64,000 nt of DNA, taken from assembly GCA_039934415.1 (NCBI GenBank), contig JBDTME010000001.1:442461-506460 (forward strand). The letters are read 5' to 3'. Both the position numbers and the translations under genes were made by a program. Shown here piece after piece: positions 56,509-64,000 of the stretch (positions are counted from its first letter, which is position 1; the number at the start of each line of letters is the position of its first letter). The notes beneath the pieces are model-generated. The model was not told where the DNA came from and ran no database searches. It worked only from the letters and a program-made list of their open reading frames with translations. Source of the DNA: Patescibacteria group bacterium (GTDB lineage: Bacteria > Patescibacteriota > Microgenomatia > UBA1400 > PJMF01).

Positions 56509-58302
56509 TCAACTCTTGCCGCGCAATTTAATGACCTCTCGGAGAATCGCATTCATGCGAGCATCTTCTTCAGTGCTCAACTCCGACTTCGCCTCGAGTA
56601 ACTGAAGTTCAGCGGTCAGGACTTTCATCTGCTTTTGTGAGGAGACAGCTTTCATCCGCTTCAACACATCTTGGAACTCTTTTGAGGTAGGCAGTTGTTC
56701 TAGTATATTTTCAAAATAAAGAGTTGAAAAAGCTGCTTCTGCCTCTGGTGGGAGTTGTTTGACAAACTCATTGAGTCGGAACTGAGATTGATGTTGTAAT
56801 TTTTTTAAAATTATTTGATGAGCGGGCAAGGAGAAGTCAGCCACATCTAACTTGCGGGCTTGCTCCAATACCTCGGAATCTGTTAACTGGATCAGGATAG
56901 ACAACACTGTTTGCTCGATCTGAGTGAGCTGGTCTAGCACTTGCGCTTCAACTGGCTTCTTGGATGGCGTGGTGAGTTGTTTCCCTACCTTGAGACGCAA
57001 TAAATCTTGTTGGAGGGCAGACTCCGGAACTTCCAGCCGTTTCGCCAAAATAGATACATAGTGCTGTCTTTCAACAGCATGCACGATCAAATTCAAAGAT
57101 GGACCAACTTCATTGACGATTTGTTGTTTATTCTCGCCGGAATCGATGGCGTGTTGACGAAAGGCAACATCGATCAAAAATTGATACACCGATTCAGAAT
57201 GTTTGGTAGACTCCCGCCATTTATTCGGATCTTCTCGTGCAATGTCGTCCGGATCTTTCCCACCAAACAGATAAGACGGTAACACGCGCAGTCTCACTTC
57301 ATCAAATTGCTGGATGATTTGGATAGCACGCTTTGTGGCCTGGATACCAGCTGAGTCGGCATCTAAAGATAATATAATAGTGTCAACAGTTCGACGAAGT
57401 AACTCGACATGTTCTTTAGTCAAGGCACTACCTTTGATTGCTACTACATTGTGAACGAATGCTTGGCTGGACGACAACACATCAAACTCTCCTTCCACGA
57501 CGATGACTTGTTTGGCTTCTCGAATCGAGTGATACTGTTGAGAAAATCCAAACAACATTTTGCTCTTGTGATAGAGTTCAGTTTCTGGAGTGTTGATGTA
57601 TTTTGCTTCCTTAGTCGTCTTATCTAAGACTCGACCCGAAAAACCAACTACTCTGCCACGATGATCCGTGAGGGGAAACATCAATCGGCCACGAAATCGG
57701 TCATAGTAATCATTTGGATTGGTACTGCCTGCGCGACCATTTGAACGCATGATGACCATACCGGCTTTTTCCAAATCTCGAATGTCATATTTTTTCTTAC
57801 CCACTAAATACTTGATCAAGCCATCCCAATTTGGCAACGAAAATCCTAACTGAAAAAGTTTAATGCTTTCTTGAGTCGTTTTACGATCTTTCAAATACTC
57901 GCGCCCAACTTGACCTGCTTTATGCGTAATCAATAAATAGTGATAGTACTCTTTGCTTAACTCTAATAGCTCAAGCACACGTTCTCGAGTCGTATCCTCT
58001 TGAGATTTTTGAAATTTCTCCAGTTTAATGCCCGCACGCTCTGCCAACATTTCCAGTGCTTCAGCAAAAGTCATGCCTTCGTATTTTTCTAAAAACGTGA
58101 AGACGTCGCCGCGTTCACCACAACCAAAACACCGAAAGACTTGAATATCAGGACTGACAAAAAACGAGGGGGATTTTTCTGAATGAAACGGACACAACGC
58201 TTTCATGTTGCGACCAGCGCGCGACAACGAAATCCGCTCACCAATGATCTGAGCGATATCACTTGCTTCTTTGACTTGTTGGATTTGGGTGGACATAGAC
58301 AC
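56509..58302 (-). CDS. dnaG: DNA primase
   Basis: CPFHSEKSPSF zinc finger, KYINTPET, VEGEFD, DADSAG, KDPD. Confidence 0.97.
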   Translation of the reverse strand: MSMSTQIQQVKEASDIAQIIGERISLSRAGRNMKALCPFHSEKSPSFFVSPDIQVFRCFGCGERGDVFTFLEKYEGMTFAEALEMLAERAGIKLEKFQKSQEDTTRERVLELLELSKEYYHYLLITHKAGQVGREYLKDRKTTQESIKLFQLGFSLPNWDGLIKYLVGKKKYDIRDLEKAGMVIMRSNGRAGSTNPNDYYDRFRGRLMFPLTDHRGRVVGFSGRVLDKTTKEAKYINTPETELYHKSKMLFGFSQQYHSIREAKQVIVVEGEFDVLSSSQAFVHNVVAIKGSALTKEHVELLRRTVDTIILSLDADSAGIQATKRAIQIIQQFDEVRLRVLPSYLFGGKDPDDIAREDPNKWRESTKHSESVYQFLIDVAFRQHAIDSGENKQQIVNEVGPSLNLIVHAVERQHYVSILAKRLEVPESALQQDLLRLKVGKQLTTPSKKPVEAQVLDQLTQIEQTVLSILIQLTDSEVLEQARKLDVADFSLPAHQIILKKLQHQSQFRLNEFVKQLPPEAEAAFSTLYFENILEQLPTSKEFQDVLKRMKAVSSQKQMKVLTAELQLLEAKSELSTEEDARMNAILREVIKLRGKS

Positions 58303-58370
58303 ACTCGAATATTACCCGTATTGTAACGAATAATCTGCTGTCTGGCGTTAGGTAAAAGATTTTAAAATCA

Positions 58371-59627
58371 TTAAAACAATGTATCCATTTCATCTTCAAT
58401 TGCGGAAGGAAGTTCTAAACTTTTGACAGTGGGCAGAGCAGAACCAATAATTCCTTGCAAATCGCCGTACATACCTGAAGTATTACGAATGACTCGTTCA
58501 ATTTCTTGTTCGCGTTTTTTCCAAATACGATCAAAAGCGCGTTTCTCTTTTTCCAAATCTTCTTTCATCGTCGCAAACGCTGTCACGATGGCTTCAACTC
58601 GATTACGAAAATCATGGCCAGAAAGATATGTGTAAAGGAGTTCCATTTTCTGGTCTTTTCCCTCCATTGAACGCTGCATTTGAAAGACTTGTAATAGTTG
58701 GGCTCGTAAAGCTTGAGTCAGTGGCAACACGTATTGAGGAGCCACTACCCAGACTCCATTTACTTGCCCAAAACTGGAAATGTCAGTTGGCAAAACAGTC
58801 GAGACCAAAATCGCGATACCGGCTTTACACTGCATTTGATCGTCTTTGAGTTTTTGAATCCAGCTCGGACTCCAGGCTTTGGTGTTTTTTGACTCCCATA
58901 GCAACGTTCCAATGGGTTGACCGTATCCGTTCGAAACATGATGAATTAAATCGGCACCTTTAATACCTTTTTCAACATCTTGAATTTGATCAGTCGGAAA
59001 AGAAGAACTGAGCAACTCTTTCAAATTATCTTCTTGAACTTCTCCTTGAATCTGCATCGAACCTTGCTCACTTTTTCTTTTCAACTCTTCGATTTGAGTC
59101 CGCATCATTTCCAGTTGCTTTTCTTTTTCCGCCATTTTTAAATGATGTTCATCATCAGCCATTTTTTTAGTTGACTCGGCAATACGCTTTCGCTCTTCAT
59201 CAAGTTTCCGTTGTACCTCAAGCTCTAATTTGGCTGATCGCTCTTCAAGTTGTTGACGCTCTTTACGGATTTCTAGTTCCGCGCCTTCCGCCTTTTGCAA
59301 AGCTGCTGCTTTTTTTTGATTATCTTCTTCAAGCAATTGAACTTTCTTTTGCATTGACTCTTGCGCCTGCTGCTTTGCAATTGACTGAGCCTGGGCCCAT
59401 AATTTCTTTTTTTCCTGTGTCAACTTTTCATCAAAATTCGCTTGATCTTGAGAAATTTTCAGTTGGAGTGACTTTAACTCTTCTTTTTGCTTGTCTAGTT
59501 TGGCTAACTCGGTCTGTAATTTTTCATTTGCCTGTTTTTCAACCTCTTCCCGAATTTGGGCAGCCATGGTTGAACTCATCGAGAATTGATGCTGGCAGTG
59601 GGGGCAAATGATAAGTTGGTCGGGCAT
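58371..59627 (-). CDS. DUF2130 coiled-coil protein
   Basis: ICPHC, long coiled coil, QGEVQE..FPTD, WESKNTKAWS..WIQKLK. Confidence 0.9.
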   Translation of the reverse strand: MPDQLIICPHCQHQFSMSSTMAAQIREEVEKQANEKLQTELAKLDKQKEELKSLQLKISQDQANFDEKLTQEKKKLWAQAQSIAKQQAQESMQKKVQLLEEDNQKKAAALQKAEGAELEIRKERQQLEERSAKLELEVQRKLDEERKRIAESTKKMADDEHHLKMAEKEKQLEMMRTQIEELKRKSEQGSMQIQGEVQEDNLKELLSSSFPTDQIQDVEKGIKGADLIHHVSNGYGQPIGTLLWESKNTKAWSPSWIQKLKDDQMQCKAGIAILVSTVLPTDISSFGQVNGVWVVAPQYVLPLTQALRAQLLQVFQMQRSMEGKDQKMELLYTYLSGHDFRNRVEAIVTAFATMKEDLEKEKRAFDRIWKKREQEIERVIRNTSGMYGDLQGIIGSALPTVKSLELPSAIEDEMDTLF

Positions 59628-59734
59628 AAAACTCCATTTCGTATTTTCTTCGTATTTCATTATTATCAAATTCAAAGCAGTTTGCAATAGACATTTATTT
59701 TGATCCAGAGTACAGTACCAGTAAAGGAGCTATC

Positions 59735-60100
59735 ATGGCGACAACTTCCGATAAGAAACCTACGACCAAAAAACCATTTCACAAATCTCCATTCAGTGAG
59801 TACTTTAACTTGCTCAGCGACATTGATAAAGGACAACGATACTCGGAAGAGTATGGTTCGATCATGATCTTGGGCTTGATGGAAGAAGTCGGAGAGATGG
59901 CTCGTGCTTACTTAGCAGAACATGGTCGAAAAAAGACAAATTTATCAGCTCAAGCAGATGAATCCTATCAAGAGGAACTTGGCGACTTGATCTTAACGAT
60001 CTTACGTTTTGCCCGCATCAAAAACATCAACTTACATGAGCGAATCATGTACAGTCTGGAAAAAGTTCAGGCTCGGAAGAGAAATCCCAAAGGCGCGTAA
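59735..60100 (+). CDS. MazG-like nucleotide pyrophosphohydrolase
   Basis: LMEEVGEMA...EELGD. Confidence 0.85.
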   Translation: MATTSDKKPTTKKPFHKSPFSEYFNLLSDIDKGQRYSEEYGSIMILGLMEEVGEMARAYLAEHGRKKTNLSAQADESYQEELGDLILTILRFARIKNINLHERIMYSLEKVQARKRNPKGA

Positions 60101-60167
60101 TCTCCACAAAACTGTCTATCTTGACGCTTGTGTTTTGATCCAAATGTTTTTACACTGAGACAATCAT

Positions 60168-61814
60168 ATGCAAAATTCAGGTGTTTCACTTCAAGACCAA
60201 ATCGTTGCTGTAACAAAAAAAATCCCCCTACAGGTAGTGGTCTTTGGACAAACCTTGCTCATTGTTGTATTGATCCTCATCATTCCAGTCATATTTTTGT
60301 CGATTAAAAATAGTAAGTCGAATAACCTACAAGCTTCTATCCCCAATGGCACTGCTACTATTTCACTTTCACCTGCCTCGACACAACTCGTACCAAACAC
60401 TCATCAGAACGTAGACGTACTCATTAATACCAGCCAAGAACACGTAGATGGTATTCAAACAATTGTCCTTTTCACAGGGACAATTCCGAGCGATCTAAGT
60501 TTTTCGCCCAACATCATTCCGGGATTGACTGCGATTGTGAACACGACTGAGCCAACAAGTAACGGCAAGAAAATCTCAGTGGCATTTATCACCTCAAACC
60601 CTCAACAACCCTTTACGACAAACTCTGCGCTGACAAAAATTGGAACGTTTTCATTTACAGTACCTCCTACCGGAACAATGAACGTCGCGTTTAACCAACA
60701 ATCAACGAGTGTTATTCAAAGTGTGACTTCAAAAGATATTTTACGACCACCACTCGATAGTGCCTACACTTTTGCTTTTGCTCAAAATCAATCTGAACCT
60801 TCGCTCTCCTTTGACACCCTGACACCACCAAATCCTCAACAAGTTGGCAGTAACTTTCAAGTTAATGTCGTAGCTGATACCGCCGGACAAAAAGTAAGTG
60901 GTGTGGATGCACAACTGACTTTTGACCCCAACACAGTTGAGATTGTGAGCATTCAACAAGGAACAGGTGCCTCTTTTCCGTCCTATCAGGAGCTCACTTA
61001 CGATAATACAGCAGGAAAAATTTATATTTCTGCCAATATAGGAACTTCTGCGTCACCAACTCCAGTCATGGGGTCAAATATTCAAGTTGCGAAAATTATC
61101 GGAAAAACAAAAACTGCCACAAGCTCAACTTCACTTCAGTTTGTATTCGCACCCAACGATCGCAATGACAGTAACTTGGTACTTTTCCTCGATCAACAAG
61201 GTCAGGAACCCACTGACATTTTGGCTAAAGTTACTAATCAAGAACTGATTGCGGTAAATGCCCAACCTAGCCCTGGACCGACAGCAACTCCTTCACCAGA
61301 GCCTACGCTAGCACCAAGTGCTACTCCACTCCCAACTTCAACACCTATTTCACCGGTCAACACTACAATGCAGTTCTTACTGCAAGGAAAGAATAGACCA
61401 GAAATTGATAAAACAGCACAAATTGAGGTTGATGCAAAATCAGTAGACAATACTCAAACGGTCACGAGTACGCTCACAACAGATACGACAGGTCAGGCAC
61501 AAATCGAACTCGTTCCAAACAATTACGTAATATTAGTCAAAGCACCGGGTTACTTAGCGAAAAAAATTGGTTCAACAACTAGCCCAATTCAAGTCACGGG
61601 TGGTGCAACTCCACTTAATCTCACATCAACTCCGTTACTAGGTGGTGATTTTAATGGTGATGGCGAAGTGAATGAGATCGACTACACACTCAAATTCCTG
61701 ACTTCATTCAGAGATGCTAATCCAGTTGTTGATCTTGATAGTAGCGGCGTGGTCAATAACTTGGACTTTGCGATCATGCGAAGTAACTGGGCACTACACT
61801 CAGATACGTTATAA
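60168..61814 (+). CDS. membrane-anchored protein with two cohesin domains, P/T linker and C-terminal dockerin
   Basis: N-terminal TM; VDGIQ and VSGVDAQLTFDP cohesin-like repeats; GDFNGDGEVNEIDY...DLDSSGVVNNLDF duplicated EF-hand. Confidence 0.8.
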   Translation: MQNSGVSLQDQIVAVTKKIPLQVVVFGQTLLIVVLILIIPVIFLSIKNSKSNNLQASIPNGTATISLSPASTQLVPNTHQNVDVLINTSQEHVDGIQTIVLFTGTIPSDLSFSPNIIPGLTAIVNTTEPTSNGKKISVAFITSNPQQPFTTNSALTKIGTFSFTVPPTGTMNVAFNQQSTSVIQSVTSKDILRPPLDSAYTFAFAQNQSEPSLSFDTLTPPNPQQVGSNFQVNVVADTAGQKVSGVDAQLTFDPNTVEIVSIQQGTGASFPSYQELTYDNTAGKIYISANIGTSASPTPVMGSNIQVAKIIGKTKTATSSTSLQFVFAPNDRNDSNLVLFLDQQGQEPTDILAKVTNQELIAVNAQPSPGPTATPSPEPTLAPSATPLPTSTPISPVNTTMQFLLQGKNRPEIDKTAQIEVDAKSVDNTQTVTSTLTTDTTGQAQIELVPNNYVILVKAPGYLAKKIGSTTSPIQVTGGATPLNLTSTPLLGGDFNGDGEVNEIDYTLKFLTSFRDANPVVDLDSSGVVNNLDFAIMRSNWALHSDTL

Positions 61815-61842
61815 GCTTATCGTTTTCAATTTCTAAAATAGT

Positions 61843-62625
61843 ATGAGTCATTTTGTACATCGGCTCACAACATTTCCTTTATTGTTCCTGTTTTTTTGGG
61901 TGGTAGTATTGTGCACTCAATCGCAAGCTAGGGCGCAGTCGGTTGAGCCAGCAAGCCTCCTATTTGTGCCTGAAACCATTTCCACCGGCGTAGGTCAGCA
62001 GTTTACTACTCAAGTGTGGATAGACACGGCAGGAGCATCAGTGGGTGGCGTAGGAGCTAAGATTAACTTCAATGCAACTTCCTTATCGGTTGAAAAGATC
62101 GAGACGCTGCCTGTCTTTCCTGACTATCCAGCAACCACTTTTGATAATGAGACAGGAAGTATTAACATTTCCGGTATCGTTCGGAGTAAAGATGAGTTGT
62201 ATACCGGAAAAGGACAGTTCGCGACGATTACGTGGAAAACAAAGGGCGCTGGAGATAGCAGTATTGCCTTTAATTATGTCCCCAACTCGACAAATGACTC
62301 TAATATCGCAGTACTTTATGGAAATGGAGACATTTTACAAAAAACTAATTCGGTAGTGATCCAGGTAGCCGCTGCACCCGCAAGTAGTCGAGTAACCGAC
62401 TCGACAGCCGAGTCGACCGCTGAACCAGCAGTGACTTCAGAAGCGATGAACTCATCAGACAAAACGCCAGAGTTTTCAAAGACAGATCAAGCTCCTTCTC
62501 CGATTGTGATTTTAATCGGAGTTGCTACGCTGTTTAGTCTTGGTTTCCAAGCGTACCTCTACTTCAAAATGAAACGGATTGAAAAATATAAAGAAGCCAT
62601 TCCCCACATCCATACACCATCATAA
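61843..62625 (+). CDS. cohesin-domain surface protein with C-terminal TM anchor
   Basis: Signal peptide, VGQQF..QVWIDT...VGGV.AKINF...FATITW, linker, TM and basic tail. Confidence 0.8.
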   Translation: MSHFVHRLTTFPLLFLFFWVVVLCTQSQARAQSVEPASLLFVPETISTGVGQQFTTQVWIDTAGASVGGVGAKINFNATSLSVEKIETLPVFPDYPATTFDNETGSINISGIVRSKDELYTGKGQFATITWKTKGAGDSSIAFNYVPNSTNDSNIAVLYGNGDILQKTNSVVIQVAAAPASSRVTDSTAESTAEPAVTSEAMNSSDKTPEFSKTDQAPSPIVILIGVATLFSLGFQAYLYFKMKRIEKYKEAIPHIHTPS

Positions 62626-62628
62626 CTT

Positions 62629-63903
62629 TTAGTGTTGTTCTGCAGCTAAGATAATTTCATTGATTTGTTTTTGAGGAAGATGTACTTTTCGAGGGAATGT
62701 GAAGTATAACCAAAGTGACCACAGAAAAATTAGTGCTCCCCAAATTTTGAACACTGCCAACTCACCGAAGGCATCATTGAGCAAACCATTCAGAATCGGA
62801 CCAATAATATAGCTAAAACTAGCTGTTAAAGCGGTCATGCTAATCAAATCATTGGCAACTTTTTCACCACGAGCAATCAAGTCTTCGAATACCGCCACCA
62901 AAACTGGCTCCATGATCGCCAACCAAAACGAGGCCAAGAACATGCCCACTAGAATCATGACGACTGAAACTGAAAAACTCATCAAGAAAGCACACAATCC
63001 TCCAAGTGCACCAGTAACAAAAGCGAGTCTTTTTTTACCGAAACGGGCCGCCAGTGTGGGAATAAAAAATCCGACAAAAATACCTGGCACTCCATACATA
63101 CTAATAAATAGCCCACCCCACTCGTGTTGTAATTTTAAGTGTTCACTAAAAAGTGGTCCGACAGAAAATATGGCAGAGTCAAATAAATAGAATAAAACGA
63201 AATAAATGAGTAACGGCCATAACACTCTATCAAGTGATTTCCAAATCTGAACTGTTTCCTTGAATGTGCGGTGCATTGCTGGAGTTTGTGAGAGCGATTG
63301 AAAATCACCATTACTACTCTTTCTTTTTTCCAACAGTACATACAGAAAAAAGAGCGCGACGGCGAAACCGTTGAATACTATTGCGTAGTAGATCGGCAGA
63401 TTATGAGATTGGGCGTAGGCTACGCTGGCAATCAACGGAGCAATGGTGAGAGAAACATTTTTTAAAATGGCCACTAATCCCCATGCCCAAGCATGATGGA
63501 CTTTGCCCACTGCCTCATGAATAGCGTGATAGGTACAAAAAACCATCGCTTCATAACTGATCCCCCACCAGGCCATTGCCATAATGAGTGAAACAAGGGA
63601 ATGAGACAAGAAAAAACTTAAGGGAAGCAAAAAAACCAGGAGGAACAGGACACGTTGAAAGAAAAAAGCACGCTTTTGACTGAAGACTTGGGCAAACGCA
63701 AAGTCGGTCAACATGCCGACAAAAGATGATGTCGCTAAAATGAAGCCCATCTTTGTCGAAGAACCCACCACATTTTCGATCACAACTGGCGCGTAGTAAC
63801 TCATAATTGCATCTGCCATGAACAAAAAAAACATCATCATTGCAAACAGCAAAAAACGGTACGAAGGAGCAGATGAGAAAAAGGGCAGGGACTTTAGATT
63901 CAT
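62629..63903 (-). CDS. MFS transporter
   Basis: About 12 TMs, LAARFGKKR motif A repeat, YIIGPILNG. Confidence 0.85.
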   Translation of the reverse strand: MNLKSLPFFSSAPSYRFLLFAMMMFFLFMADAIMSYYAPVVIENVVGSSTKMGFILATSSFVGMLTDFAFAQVFSQKRAFFFQRVLFLLVFLLPLSFFLSHSLVSLIMAMAWWGISYEAMVFCTYHAIHEAVGKVHHAWAWGLVAILKNVSLTIAPLIASVAYAQSHNLPIYYAIVFNGFAVALFFLYVLLEKRKSSNGDFQSLSQTPAMHRTFKETVQIWKSLDRVLWPLLIYFVLFYLFDSAIFSVGPLFSEHLKLQHEWGGLFISMYGVPGIFVGFFIPTLAARFGKKRLAFVTGALGGLCAFLMSFSVSVVMILVGMFLASFWLAIMEPVLVAVFEDLIARGEKVANDLISMTALTASFSYIIGPILNGLLNDAFGELAVFKIWGALIFLWSLWLYFTFPRKVHLPQKQINEIILAAEQH

Positions 63904-64000
63904 GACAGTTTAGCTTGACACATCTCAAGAAAATCATCAAGTCGAGCGCAGTTTACTTCGTCTGTTTGCTATAATGGAGAAATGGAAGATCAATTGGTTG

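Noticed and set aside
61260-61360. Pro/Thr repeats as a DNA repeat element
   Set aside because: Ordinary low-complexity protein linker
692-63940. Numerous 60-146 aa ORFs antisense or out of frame within confident genes
   Set aside because: Shadow ORFs with no motifs that overlap well-supported CDSs
1-64000. CRISPR array, rRNA, retron/DGR reverse transcriptase, IS transposase, alternative genetic code
   Set aside because: No regularly spaced repeats or RT, Cas or transposase motifs seen; conserved genes are full length under code 11 and several end in TGA

Overview
64 kb of a compact, roughly 40% GC bacterial chromosome using genetic code 11. The gene content (multiple GT-C membrane glycosyltransferases, cohesin/dockerin surface proteins, SemiSWEETs, short RpoD, many apparently leaderless genes) suggests Patescibacteria/CPR, probably Microgenomates group; this is inference. 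From left to right: (1) pgl, a tandem-domain CobA adenosyltransferase, a Ddl-like ATP-grasp ligase, a C39-like peptidase and a SET methyltransferase; (2) purA/purB and ogt; (3) tRNA-Asn(GTT), whose 3' end is the integration site of a ~15.8 kb element (9583-25386, bounded by the direct repeat CGGGGAGCC). The element carries a large serine recombinase, Prim-Pol/helicase, SSB-like and SpoVG-like genes, a candidate iteron origin, regulators, a metabolic cargo operon and a HEPN-like orphan. It has no capsid or conjugation genes. The att core lies inside the integrase 3' end, so excision would rewrite the integrase C-terminus; (4) a ~11 kb mosaic of small stress/detox genes and gene remnants; (5) a copper operon led by an ArsR-YHS fusion with a clear operator; (6) ABC-F, a surface-glycosylation cluster, hflX, a beta-CASP nuclease, rpoD and dnaG, DUF2130, MazG, a cohesin-dockerin pair and an MFS transporter. 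All family calls come from motif recognition by eye, not database searches.
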